From Alphaproteobacteria bacterium (GTDB lineage Bacteria; Pseudomonadota; Alphaproteobacteria; UBA828), in assembly GCA_965214705.1 (NCBI GenBank), contig OZ243972.1, positions 992,001 through 1,056,000 of the forward strand: a DNA stretch of 64,000 bases, in the 5' to 3' direction. A program made the translations under genes and the position numbers. Shown here one piece after another: positions 18,974 to 30,481 of the stretch (positions are counted from its first letter, which is position 1; each line of letters starts with the position of its first letter). The notes under the pieces are model-generated. The model had not been told where the DNA came from. It made no database searches and worked only from the letters and a program-made list of their open reading frames with translations.

Positions 18974-19741
18974 ATGCTGAGCGGCGCGCACGGGTGGCCA
19001 TTGGCGATGCTGGCGCGGGTGGCCGCAACGGGCGCCATCGACATGGTTCTGCCGCCTTCGTGCCTCGCATGCCATGCGGCGGTCAGCGAGGCCGGCGGGC
19101 TCTGCCCCGACTGCTGGAACCGCATCAGCTTCATCGGCCGGCCCTGCTGCGCGCGCTGCGGCCTGCCGTTCACGATCGAGGCAGCCCCGGACGCGATCTG
19201 CGGCGACTGCGCCCGCGTGCCGCCCGTCTTCGACCGGGCGCGCGCGGCCTTCCTCTATGAAGGCGCAGGCCGCGAGCTGATCCTCGCCTTCAAGATGGCC
19301 GATCGCTCGTGGCTCGCGCCCAGGCTGGCCACGTGGCTGCAGCGCGCGGCCGCGCCGCTCCTGCCCGAGACGGATTTGGTGGTGCCGGTGCCGCTGCACC
19401 GCTGGCGGCTGCTGGCGCGGCGATTCAACCAGGCGGCGGTGCTCGCCCGGCTCATGGCGCGCGAGGCGGATGTTGCGATGGTCCCGGACCTCCTGGTGCG
19501 GACGCGGCGGACGGCGACGCAGACCCGGCTCTCGCGCGTCGAGCGGCGGCGCAACGTGCGGGGCGCGTTCGCGGTGCGGCGCTCACGCGCGCCGCTGGTT
19601 GCCGGGCGCAATGTCCTCCTGGTGGACGACGTCATGACCACCGGTGCCACCGTCTCGGCCTGTGCTCGTGCGCTGCGCAAAGCGGGCGCTGCGCGGGTCG
19701 ATGTGACCACTCTTGCGCGCGCCTTGCCGAGCCGTCCATGA
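18974..19741 (+). CDS. comF: ComF-family protein (zinc ribbons plus PRTase domain)
   Basis: CLAC, CPDC, CARCG, CGDC, VPVPLH..R...R.FNQA, LLVDDVMTTGAT; start codon uncertain. Confidence 0.88.
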   Translation: MLSGAHGWPLAMLARVAATGAIDMVLPPSCLACHAAVSEAGGLCPDCWNRISFIGRPCCARCGLPFTIEAAPDAICGDCARVPPVFDRARAAFLYEGAGRELILAFKMADRSWLAPRLATWLQRAAAPLLPETDLVVPVPLHRWRLLARRFNQAAVLARLMAREADVAMVPDLLVRTRRTATQTRLSRVERRRNVRGAFAVRRSRAPLVAGRNVLLVDDVMTTGATVSACARALRKAGAARVDVTTLARALPSRP

Positions 19742-19772
19742 TGCCGGCCTGCACCGAGCATTGGGGGATACC

Positions 19773-20633
19773 ATGACCAAAACCCTTCGGGTCGCCTGCG
19801 TTCAGCCCTCCAGCGGCCAGGACATGCAGACCAACCTCGATGCGGCCGGCGCCCTTGTACGCGAGGCCCGCGCCGCCGGCGCGGAGCTGATCGCGCTGCC
19901 CGAAAATATCGCCCTGATGGAGCACCGGACGGAGCTGGTGCAGGCGAACGCCCGCCCGCTCGACGCCCATCCGGCGGCGCGGTTCTTCAGTGCGCTCGCG
20001 GAGGAGCTGGAGGTTTGGCTGCTCGCGGGCTCGATGGGGGCGGATGCCGGCGACGGCCGAATCGCCAACCGCTCCGTCCTGATCGACCCGTCAGGCACCA
20101 TCGTCGCCACCTACGACAAGATCCACATGTTCGACGTGGACCTGCCGAACGGCGAGGTCTACCGCGAGAGCGACGCCTTCCGCCCCGGTGGGCAGGCGGT
20201 GGTGGCGGAGACGCCCTGGGGCGGCCTCGGCATGACCGTCTGCTATGACCTGCGCTTTCCCCAGCTTTACCGGGCGCTGGCCCATGCCGGGGTGCGGCTC
20301 ATCACCGTGCCCGCAGCGTTCACCAAGCATACGGGCGAAGCGCATTGGCACGTTCTAATGCGGGCGCGCGCCATCGAGAGCGGCTGCTTCGTGATCGCGC
20401 CCTGCATGTGGGGCAGCCACTCCGGCGACCGCCAGACCTACGGCCACTCGCTGATCGTCGATCCCTGGGGTGAGGTGCTGGCCGATGCCGGCGAGGGCGT
20501 CGGCATTATCACGGCCGATCTTGAGCTTGCGCGCGTGGAGCAGGTGCGCGCCGCAATCCCGGCGCTGGCGCACGACCGCGCCTTCTCGCCGCCGGCCGGT
20601 TCGGAACAGGAGCTCCGCCGCGCCGCCGGCTGA
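19773..20633 (+). CDS. Carbon-nitrogen hydrolase (Nit1/deaminated glutathione amidase-like)
   Basis: LPEN, YDKIHMFDV, VCYDLRFP, VPAAFT..TG.AHW, TYGHSLIVDPWG. Confidence 0.9.
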   Translation: MTKTLRVACVQPSSGQDMQTNLDAAGALVREARAAGAELIALPENIALMEHRTELVQANARPLDAHPAARFFSALAEELEVWLLAGSMGADAGDGRIANRSVLIDPSGTIVATYDKIHMFDVDLPNGEVYRESDAFRPGGQAVVAETPWGGLGMTVCYDLRFPQLYRALAHAGVRLITVPAAFTKHTGEAHWHVLMRARAIESGCFVIAPCMWGSHSGDRQTYGHSLIVDPWGEVLADAGEGVGIITADLELARVEQVRAAIPALAHDRAFSPPAGSEQELRRAAG

Positions 20634-20693
20634 AATTTTACGTTTCCCTCAACGGCGGGCGCGCGCTCCGGACCGCTTCACGGTCCGGCCCTG

Positions 20694-21233
20694 TTACATT
20701 GCGGGCTTTATGGGCTTCCGGGCGCAGAGGTGCTGAACGATCTTGGGATTGGGCGGTGGGACTGCGTGGTGCTCGTAGGCGACGACTGTGAGACGGCCTG
20801 CGGCGAGCGCCAGCAGCTCGCCGCGCTGTAGCAGGTAGTCCGGGTTGCGCGGGCGGCCAAAGCGTTCGTTGCCGACGGCGAAGGTCTCGTAAAGGAAGAC
20901 GCCGCCCGGCAGGAGGCAATCCACGAGCGGGACCAGAAGCGGGCGGAACAGATAATCCGTCACCACCACGGCATCGAACCGGCGTCCGACGAGCGGCTCG
21001 GCACCGGGGCGCTCCAAGTCCATCTCGACGATCTCGACCTGTGGGTCGTCTGCGAGGTCGGCGAGGCCCGAGGTGTCGATGTCGATGGCCGTGACCCGCA
21101 GGCCGTGCTCGCGTAGATAGCGCGTGTGCCGGCCGCCGCCGCAGGCGAGATCGAGCACGTGGCCGCCTTCGGCGATCAGGCCCGCATGGCGGACGATCCA
21201 GGCGGAGGGGACGGACGAGCGATGACTGTGCAT
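20694..21233 (-). CDS. Class I SAM-dependent methyltransferase (TehB-like)
   Basis: VLDLACGGGRH, YLFRPL, YETFAVGNE.FGRPRNPDYLL. Confidence 0.85.
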   Translation of the reverse strand: MHSHRSSVPSAWIVRHAGLIAEGGHVLDLACGGGRHTRYLREHGLRVTAIDIDTSGLADLADDPQVEIVEMDLERPGAEPLVGRRFDAVVVTDYLFRPLLVPLVDCLLPGGVFLYETFAVGNERFGRPRNPDYLLQRGELLALAAGRLTVVAYEHHAVPPPNPKIVQHLCARKPIKPAM

Positions 21234-21328
21234 GGCAGCAATAGCGGTGGGGACAGTTGAATCTTCGTATAGTTTCGGGGTTTTATGGTACGTTGCAGTG
21301 ACCGTGACAGCGAGCCGGGCGCACCCAC

Positions 21329-21784
21329 ATGATCGTGTTCGACCTCAAGTGCGGCAAGGACCACGTGTTCGAGGGCTATTTCGCCGACTCCGCGACCTAC
21401 GAGCAGCAGGCGGAGGCGGGCGAGATCGCGTGCCCCTATTGCGGCGACGTCGAGATCGCCAAGGCGCCGATGGCCCCCAACATCGCGGTCAACAACAAGG
21501 CGAGGGGCGAGCCCGAGCCTGCGCCGGAGAAGGTGCCTGCGCGCAAGCCAACGCCGCCGGAAATGGTCCGCGCGATCGGGACGCTGCGGCGCATGCGTTC
21601 CTACATCGAACAGAATTTCGACCATGTGGGCGAGCGCTTCCCCGAGGAGGCGCGCAAGATCCACTATGGCGAGGTCGAGCGCCGCAGCATCTATGGCGAC
21701 GCCACCAAGGAGGAGGTCGGCGAGCTCGCCGACGAGGGGATCGAGGTCGGCGAGGTCCCCTGGGTCCCCCGCCACGACGCTTAG
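21329..21784 (+). CDS. DUF1178-family protein
   Basis: MIVFDLKC..DH.FEG.F, CPYCG, KAPMAP, VGERFPEEARKIHYGE, IYG.AT. Confidence 0.88.
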   Translation: MIVFDLKCGKDHVFEGYFADSATYEQQAEAGEIACPYCGDVEIAKAPMAPNIAVNNKARGEPEPAPEKVPARKPTPPEMVRAIGTLRRMRSYIEQNFDHVGERFPEEARKIHYGEVERRSIYGDATKEEVGELADEGIEVGEVPWVPRHDA

Positions 21785-21818
21785 TTCACGGGCATCCTGA
21801 CGCCGGTTTTACCCGCGC

Positions 21819-22628
21819 TCAGGCGGCGGGCTTGCGGGCGTGGACGATGTAGTTCACCGCAAGGTTAGGGCTCATCGTCCAGCCGCCGGCGAGCGGGTTG
21901 TAGACCATGCCCCGCATGTCGACGACGGTGAGGCCCTGGCGGCGCAGCAGGCGCACCATCTCGGCCGGGCGGATGAAGCGCGACCAGTCGTGTGTACCGG
22001 CCGGCAGCCAGCCGAGAATCCGTTCGCCCGCCACGATGGCGAGCGCGTAGGCCGCAAGGGTGCGGTTGAGCGTCGCCACAACGAAAGTCCCACCGGGCTT
22101 GACCAGGCTTGTGCAGGCGTCGGCGAAGGCATCGAGATCGGCCACGTGCTCGACGATCTCGAGCGCCAACACGGCGTCGAACAGCTCGCCGTCCGCCGCC
22201 AGCGCTTCCGCCGTGGCGTGGCGGTAGTCGATGGCGAGCCCCTGTTCCTCGGCGTGATGGCGGGCCGCGCGGACGTTGGCCTCCGCCGCATCGATGGCGA
22301 CCACGTCGGCGCCGAGCCGGCAGAGCGGCTCGGTCATCAGGCCGCCGCCGCAGCCGACATCGAGGAGTCTCAAGCCCGTCAGAGGCTTGAGCGCCGCCGC
22401 ACCCTCGGCGCAGACGCCGGCCTCTCTCCCGGCCACTAGGACATCCCGCACGTAGGCGATGCGCACCGGGTTCAGTGCGTGGAGCGCGCGGAAGGCACCG
22501 TGGCGGTCCCACCAACGCTCGGCGAGCGCGGCGAAGCGCTCGATCTCCGCCGGGTCGACGCTGGGGTCGGTCGCGGGCTCCGCGCCCGGCTCCGGCCCTT
22601 TCGGCTTGCTCCCCTCCTGGGCCATCAT
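21819..22628 (-). CDS. ubiG: Ubiquinone biosynthesis O-methyltransferase
   Basis: VDPAEI.RF, WWD..G, LH.LNP.R, LLDVGCGGGL, LEIVEHV, GTHDW..FI.P. Confidence 0.93.
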   Translation of the reverse strand: MMAQEGSKPKGPEPGAEPATDPSVDPAEIERFAALAERWWDRHGAFRALHALNPVRIAYVRDVLVAGREAGVCAEGAAALKPLTGLRLLDVGCGGGLMTEPLCRLGADVVAIDAAEANVRAARHHAEEQGLAIDYRHATAEALAADGELFDAVLALEIVEHVADLDAFADACTSLVKPGGTFVVATLNRTLAAYALAIVAGERILGWLPAGTHDWSRFIRPAEMVRLLRRQGLTVVDMRGMVYNPLAGGWTMSPNLAVNYIVHARKPAA

Positions 22629-22741
22629 CGCGTTCCCCTCCGGCCAGGCCGCCCGCTTGCGCGGCCAAAGCCGAGCCAGTATGTAGGGCCGTCTCCACGA
22701 CCGGCAAGCGTCGCCTCACCGACGCAGACGCGGCCCATCCG

Positions 22742-23965
22742 ATGGCACTCATCGTTCACAAATACGGCGGCACGTCGCTGGCCGACCTCGACCGCATCAA
22801 CGCCGTTGCCGACCGGGTGAAGGCGGCGTTCGATGCCGGCGATGAGATCGCGGTCGTGGTTTCCGCCATGGCCGGCACCACCGATCAGCTTGTCTCTTGG
22901 GTCCGGGCCGCGGCGCCGCTACACGACGCGCGGGAATACGACACCGTCGCTGCGGCGGGCGAGCAGATCACCGCCGGCCTGCTGGCACTTGCGCTGCAAA
23001 GCCGCGGGGTCACAGCACGCTCGTGGCTGGGCTGGCAAATCCCGATCCACACGGATGGCGGCCACGGCCGCGCCAGAATCGAGGGGATCGAGACCGAGGA
23101 GCTGCACAAGCGGCTCGGCAGACGCGAGGTGCCCGTGGTCGCGGGCTTCCAGGGCTTGGGCCCGCTTGGGCGGATCACGACGCTGGGCCGGGGCGGCACC
23201 GATACTTCGGCGGTCGCCCTCGCGGCAGCGCTAGGCGCGGACCGTTGCGACATTTTCACGGACGTGGAAGGCGTATTCACCGCCGATCCGCGCATCGTTG
23301 CGACGGCGCGCAAGCTGACTAAGATCACCTACGAGGAGATGCTGGAGCTCGCCTCCCTCGGCGCCAAGGTCTTGCAGATTCGCGCCGTCGAGATGGCGAT
23401 GAAGCACCAGGTGCCGCTTCAGGTCGCCTCCAGCTTCACCGATACCCCCGGAACATTCGTGGTCGATGAGGACGACATCGTGGAACAGGAGCGGGTCAGC
23501 GGGATCGCCTACAGCAGGGACGAGGCCAAGATCACGGTGATGGGCGTCGCCGACCGCCCCGGGGTTGCGGCGGCCATCTTCGGGCCGCTGGCGGATGGCA
23601 ACGTCAACGTCGACATGATCGTGCAGAACATCTCCGCCGACGGCACGACCGACCTCACCTTCACGGTGACGGAGGCCGATCTGGACCGCTCAATCGCCAT
23701 CCTGGAGGAGGCGCGGAGCGTGGTCGCCTACGAGCGGCTGGTGGCGGACCAGGGCGTGGTCAAGGTCTCGGTGATCGGCGTCGGAATGCGCAGCCACGCC
23801 GGGGTGGCACAGACGATGTTCGCGGCGCTAGCCCAGAAGGGCATCAACATCCAGGTGATCTCGACCTCGGAGATCAAGATCAGCGTGCTGGTTTCCGAAG
23901 ACTATACCGAGCTTGCCGTGCGCGCTCTCCACGCGGCCTACGGACTGGACGACCGTGAGCCCTGA
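22742..23965 (+). CDS. lysC: Aspartate kinase
   Basis: KYGGTS, VVVSAM, VAGFQG, TTLGRGG.DTSAVA, two ACT domains, ISTSEIKIS. Confidence 0.95.
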   Translation: MALIVHKYGGTSLADLDRINAVADRVKAAFDAGDEIAVVVSAMAGTTDQLVSWVRAAAPLHDAREYDTVAAAGEQITAGLLALALQSRGVTARSWLGWQIPIHTDGGHGRARIEGIETEELHKRLGRREVPVVAGFQGLGPLGRITTLGRGGTDTSAVALAAALGADRCDIFTDVEGVFTADPRIVATARKLTKITYEEMLELASLGAKVLQIRAVEMAMKHQVPLQVASSFTDTPGTFVVDEDDIVEQERVSGIAYSRDEAKITVMGVADRPGVAAAIFGPLADGNVNVDMIVQNISADGTTDLTFTVTEADLDRSIAILEEARSVVAYERLVADQGVVKVSVIGVGMRSHAGVAQTMFAALAQKGINIQVISTSEIKISVLVSEDYTELAVRALHAAYGLDDREP

Positions 23966-24001
23966 GGCGATCACCCGCGCGGGAACCGTCGCGGGTGGGC
24001 C

Positions 24002-25093
24002 ATGACTGAAGCGCGTGAGGGCGCGCTCCGGCGGCTCGATGCCTACTGGGCGCGGGGGCGGGCGTTCCTCGGCACCCGCTACGCAATCATGGGCGGGGCG
24101 ATGTCGTGGGTCTCCGAGCGGAACCTGGTGGCCGCCATCTCCAACGCCGGCGGCTTCGGCGTGGTGGCCTGCGGCTCGCTGGCCCCGGATCAGCTCGCGG
24201 AAGAGATCGACGGCGTCTACGAGCGCTGCGACAAGCCCTTCGGGGTCAACATCATCGTCATGCACCCGGAGCTGGACGCCCTCGTCGCGACTTGCGTTGA
24301 GCGCCGCGTGGGCCACGTGGTGCTGGCCGGCGGCCTGCCGCCCAGGCGGACCGTCGAGACGCTGAAGCAAGCCGGCACCCGCATCGTCGCCTTCGCATCG
24401 ACGCTGCCGCTCGCCCGCAGGCTCGCCAAGCAAGGCATCGACGCGCTCATCATCGAAGGCATGGAGGCGGGCGGGCATATCGGGCCGGTCTCCACCAACG
24501 TGCTCGCCCAGGAGGTGCTGCCCCATTTCGACGAGGTGCCGGTCTTCGTCGGCGGCGGCATCGGGCGGGGCGATGCAGTCGCGCTCTATCTCGCAATGGG
24601 GGCGGCCGGTTGCCAGCTCGGTACGCGCTTCGTCTGCGCGACGGAATCCATCGCCCATCCGCGCTTCAAGCAGGCGATGATCCGCGCGAATGCGCGCGAC
24701 GCGCGGCTCTCGGTGCAGGTGGACCCTGATTTTCCGGTAATTCCGGTGCGCGCCGTCGCCAACAAGGCGACCGAGCGATTCGAGGCGTTTCAACGGGAGA
24801 CCATCGCGCGCTATCGCCAGGGCGAGATGGAACTCGCCGAGGCTCGGCTCGCCATCGAGCACTTCTGGGCCGGTGCGCTGCGCCGGGCCGCAATCGAAGG
24901 CGACGTCGAAGACGGTTCTCTGATGGCCGGCCAAAGCGTCGGCATGGTGACATCGGAGCAGTCGACAGGCGAGATTGTCGCTGAACTGTTGGATCAGGCA
25001 GTAAATGCGCTCGCACTCAGCGCCGAACGCGGAGCCGCAGGCCTTGCTGACGGTAATCAACCGGCGCATCGTCCTCTGCCCGCCAGTGCATAA
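24002..25093 (+). CDS. Nitronate monooxygenase/FabK-like flavin oxidoreductase
   Basis: GGAMSWVSE, SNAGGFG, EG.EAGGHIG, GGGIG.G, GCQLGTRF, GSLMAGQSVG. Confidence 0.85.
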   Translation: MTEAREGALRRLDAYWARGRAFLGTRYAIMGGAMSWVSERNLVAAISNAGGFGVVACGSLAPDQLAEEIDGVYERCDKPFGVNIIVMHPELDALVATCVERRVGHVVLAGGLPPRRTVETLKQAGTRIVAFASTLPLARRLAKQGIDALIIEGMEAGGHIGPVSTNVLAQEVLPHFDEVPVFVGGGIGRGDAVALYLAMGAAGCQLGTRFVCATESIAHPRFKQAMIRANARDARLSVQVDPDFPVIPVRAVANKATERFEAFQRETIARYRQGEMELAEARLAIEHFWAGALRRAAIEGDVEDGSLMAGQSVGMVTSEQSTGEIVAELLDQAVNALALSAERGAAGLADGNQPAHRPLPASA

Positions 25094-25344
25094 CAGCAGC
25101 TTTACAATGCGTAAGTCTATGATTGCGCAGGATGACAGCCGATGATAACATCATAGGCCTGACTGTTAGTAACGGGGGACGGCTGATCGGGTCGCAGTCT
25201 TCTAGCGTCAGAAGAATAACTGGCGAAATGAGGCGGTGGCGCGAACACAATATGGAGCGGATTAGACGTTCGCAAACGGGTGCCTGAGCGCGCAACGCCG
25301 GCTGGGAGGGTGGTGTTCGTGCTCGCTGTTGCGGGACGCGAGTC

Positions 25345-26937
25345 ATGAAGGAACCTCTGCGGGTGCCGTTCGAAGCATCCGAGCCTGATCTGGCCGGTCC
25401 GCGACTCGTTCACGAGACGAGCCGCGACGACCCACATGCCCTCCCGAGTTTCTGTGAAGAGCTGCGGGAAGCGCGGACCAGGGGCGGCTACAGCGTGGCC
25501 GACGCCGCTCACGTGCTGCGCATTCAAGAGCACTATCTTGAAGCGCTTGAGGAAGGTCGCTTCGACCAAATCCCCGGCACCACTTATACGATAGGGTTCT
25601 TGCGCAGCTATTCGGGCTTTCTCGGGCTCGATCCAGACGAGATCGTCGACGCTTTCAAGCGCGAGCAAGGGCTCGAAAAGAGCGAGCAGAGGCTGGCTTT
25701 TCCGTCGCCCACCGACAGCAGCCCCAAACCCAAATTCTGGCTCATCCTCCTCGTTCTGGTGCTGGCGGGCCTCGCCTACGGCGGCTGGCAGTATCAGTCG
25801 ACCGGTGGACAGATTGCGACTGATCTCGTCGACGACGTTTCGACCCGGCTGACCGAGGCGGTGGGCCTGAGCGAGACCGTCGCTACCGAGGAGACGGCCG
25901 CCGCAAGCCAGACAGCAACTGCTGCGGCCGATACCACGCCTGCGGCCGAGCCCGCCGCGGAGACGGCTGCCGCGACCGCCGAAGCGGTTGTCGCGGAGGA
26001 GGCGACGCCCGCGCCGGCGGAACCTGCATCAACGGCGGCAGTCGAGCCGCCTCCCGCTCCCCCCGCGGTACGGCAGGAAGAACCTGTAACGGTAGATCCC
26101 GCTCCGGCGGCCCCCGACGCGACGGATGTCGCCTCGGCTGATCTCATCCCGGCGGCCGAGGTGTGGGAAGAAGCCGGGCCGGCTGAGGCGACGGAGGTGG
26201 CCGCGCTTCAGGGGTCGCAGCCGGAGGACGCACAAGCCCCGCTGTCACCTGCCACGGTCGAAGCGACGCCTGAGCCGACAGCGCAGACCGAGCCTGCTCC
26301 GGCGGCCGTGGTGGCCGCGCCGAGCGAGCCGGCCGTCGCGCCTGCGGAAATGCCTGATCGTGGTACGCCGATCGCGGCCCCGCTTGATCTCGCGATCGTC
26401 GCCACTGGCGGGACAAGTAGCCCCGCGACCGGCACTGACGTAGCTGTTGCGGGCGACGGCGCGGCGACCAGCGACGCCACCAGCGACGCTAACGCTGCCG
26501 ACGCCGATGTCATCGTGACCGCCGCGCTGGAACCTGCATCGTCGGAGCCGACAATCGAGGCAGCGTCGGAGCAGACCGCCCCGCCCGCGGCTCCGGTGGC
26601 GGCTGAGCCCGAACTGCCGGTGGATACCGGCTACGTTCCCAAGGTCTACGGGCGAAGCAATCTCGACGCTCGCGTGATCATTACGGCGATCGACGATAGC
26701 TGGGTCCAGGTCCAAGGACCGGACAACGAGTTGCTGCTGACGCGGATCCTGCATGCAGGTGATTCGTACCGTGTGCCTGACAGGCCTGGTCTGCTCATGG
26801 TGACCGGCAACGCCGGCGGCCTTGAGATTCATGTCGACGACGCCCCAGCACCGTCACTCGGTCCGCTCGGTGTGGTCATTCGGAATATAGCCCTCGACCC
26901 GGATCGGCTCCTGGCCGGTACCGCCATCGGCGGATAG
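25345..26937 (+). CDS. rodZ: RodZ-like protein (HTH, TM, long Ala/Pro/Glu linker, DUF4115)
   Basis: LR.AR...G.S..D.A..LRI...YL.ALE.G, Y..GFLRSY...LGL, one TM helix, C-terminal DSWVQV and TGNAGGL. Confidence 0.85.
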   Translation: MKEPLRVPFEASEPDLAGPRLVHETSRDDPHALPSFCEELREARTRGGYSVADAAHVLRIQEHYLEALEEGRFDQIPGTTYTIGFLRSYSGFLGLDPDEIVDAFKREQGLEKSEQRLAFPSPTDSSPKPKFWLILLVLVLAGLAYGGWQYQSTGGQIATDLVDDVSTRLTEAVGLSETVATEETAAASQTATAAADTTPAAEPAAETAAATAEAVVAEEATPAPAEPASTAAVEPPPAPPAVRQEEPVTVDPAPAAPDATDVASADLIPAAEVWEEAGPAEATEVAALQGSQPEDAQAPLSPATVEATPEPTAQTEPAPAAVVAAPSEPAVAPAEMPDRGTPIAAPLDLAIVATGGTSSPATGTDVAVAGDGAATSDATSDANAADADVIVTAALEPASSEPTIEAASEQTAPPAAPVAAEPELPVDTGYVPKVYGRSNLDARVIITAIDDSWVQVQGPDNELLLTRILHAGDSYRVPDRPGLLMVTGNAGGLEIHVDDAPAPSLGPLGVVIRNIALDPDRLLAGTAIGG

Positions 26938-27042
26938 CCGCGCCGAGCGGCGCCTGCTGCTTGCAGTGACCGTCAATTCGAGTCACTAAACCCGCCACCG
27001 TCACGCCGGGAGCAGCACCGGCACCGTTCGGGAACCCAGACA

Positions 27043-28304
27043 GTGCGTAGAATTCAGCCGGTTCGTGGAACGCACGATCTCGCGGCGGACGAGATGCGCC
27101 GCCACCGCCACGTCATCGAGCACGCCCGCGCTCTTGCTGCCCGCTACGGGTTCGCCGAGGTGGCGACGCCGATCTTCGAGTTCAGCGACGTGTTCCGGCG
27201 TACTCTCGGCGATACCTCCGACATCGTGACCAAGGAGATGTACACCTTTGCCGACCGCAGCGGGGCGGAGATCACGCTCCGGCCGGAGAACACGGCGGGC
27301 GTCGCGCGCGCGGTGATCGGAGGCACCTTCGGAGAGCGCCGGCCCTTTAAGTGCTTCTACGCCGGGCCGATGTTTCGCTACGAACGGCCGCAGAAGGGCC
27401 GGCTGCGCCAATTCCATCAGATCGGTGTCGAGTTGATCGGCGCTGCCGAGCCGCTCGCCGATATCGAGGTGATCGCTCTCGGCGCGCACTTGCTCGAGGA
27501 ACTCGGCGTGCTCGACCGGGTCACGCTCGAGATCAACACGCTTGCCGACGAGGCCAGCCGACGCGCCTACCGGGCGGCGCTCGTCGCCTACCTCGAGGCT
27601 CACGAGGATTCGTTGTCGGAGGAGAGCAAGCAGCGGCTCCAGCGTAATCCGCTGCGCGTCCTCGATTCCAAGGACGAGGGCGATAAGGCGGTGCTAGCGG
27701 ACGCACCTGAAATCGATGCGCACTTGAGCGCGGAGGCCGCAGCGTTCTTCGACGGCGTTTGCGAAGGGCTGAGCGGGCTCGGCATCGCCTATACCCGCAA
27801 TCCGCGCCTCGTGCGCGGGCTCGATTACTACTGCCACACGGCCTTCGAGTTCACGACCGAGGCGCTCGGCGCCCAGGGCGCAGTTCTCGCCGGCGGCCGT
27901 TACGACGGCCTGGTGGAGACCATGGGCGGGCCGCCCACACCCGGAGTCGGCTGGGCCGGCGGTATCGAGCGGCTCGCCGCCTTGGTGGAAGAGGTGGTGG
28001 GCGACGTGGCGGCGGCGCCGCGGCCCATCGCCATCGTGCCCCTCGGCCCGCGCGCCGAGGCCGCCGCACTCGGGCTCGCCCAGCGCCTCCGCCACGAGGG
28101 CTTCGCGGTGGAGCTGACCTATCGCGGCTCGCTCTCGAAACGTCTGAAGCGGGCCGACCAAGCGCATGCTATAGCGGCGGTCATCCTGGGCGATGACGAG
28201 ATGGAGCGCGGCGTGGCGACGGTTCGCGATCTCGACAGCGGTGAGCAGGTCGAGACGCCTGAAGCAGAGCTCGGCACGCACCTCGCCCGCTACGCGCCCG
28301 GTCG

Positions 28305-28308
<4 letters not shown>
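27043..28308 (+). CDS. hisS: Histidine--tRNA ligase
   Basis: [50 protein letters not shown]. Confidence 0.97.
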
Positions 28309-29389
<1,081 letters not shown>

Positions 29390-29393
<4 letters not shown>

Positions 29394-30265
29394 GTGGGGC
29401 TACGGCGAGCCGGGCGGAGGCGCTCGGTGCTGCAACCGAGATGTTGCGGGCAGCAGGCGTCGATGCGCCGCGCCGCGATGCCCGCCTGCTGATGCAACAC
29501 GCGCTGGGGCTCACGCCCGAGGCGTTGCTCGCGGACGACCACCTGCCGCTCGGCGAGAGCGAGGCCCGGCGGCTGACGGTGCTCGCCCGGCGCCGCGCTT
29601 CGCGCGAGCCAATCGCCTACCTCACCGGCAGGCGCGAGTTCTGGAGTCTCGACTTCGCGGTCGACAGTTCCGCGCTGGTGCCGCGTCCGGAGAGCGAGAC
29701 CCTAGTGGAGGCGGTGCTGGCGCGCGCGGCGCGGCTCCCGGCCCGCCCGCGGTTGCTCGACCTCGGCACCGGCACGGGCTGCCTGCTGGTCGCGCTCCTC
29801 ACCGAACTTCCCGGCGCGGTCGGCCTCGGCATCGATGTCAGCGACGCCGCTGTCTCGCTCGCGCGGCGCAACGCTTATCACCACGGTCTCGGCGAACGGG
29901 CCTCCTTCGCCGTTGCCGATTGGGGCGCACCACTCGCCGCTCGCTTCGATGTCGTGGTGAGCAATCCACCTTATGTGGCGGCGCCGGAGCTGGCATCGCT
30001 TGCGCCGGAGATTACCCGCCACGAGCCGCGAGCGGCACTCGCTGGCGGACAAGACGGGTACGCATGTTACCGGCAGCTCGCATCTGAAGTTGCACAACTC
30101 TTGGCACCAAGAGGGCTGGCTGCAATCGAGCTCGGTGCGGGGATGGCGGATGAAGTCGAGTCGTTGTTTGTTGCATCCGGACTCGTAGAAATCAGCCGTC
30201 GGCGTGACCTCGCCGGCATCGAGCGCTGCGTTCTGTTTGCCCACGATACCGACGCCGGGTTCTGA
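29390..30265 (+). CDS. prmC: Release factor glutamine methyltransferase
   Basis: [34 protein letters not shown]. Confidence 0.95.
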
Positions 30266-30481
30266 CTCGAAGAGGGTAATATTATGCTGGCGGAACATGC
30301 CGGCTTGGAAAAAAGTTGTTGCAAACTGCGCACATATGGGTAGGGTTCGCGGGACTGGCGAACCTCGACCGGATGGACGGTCTCGCAGAGTTCCTCAGCG
30401 AAAGAAGCTGGCAAGCGTGCTTGGACGCAACGGAGTCGGAGCACGGCTTGTGGACGCCGACTAGGGGAGAAGGCGATTCGC

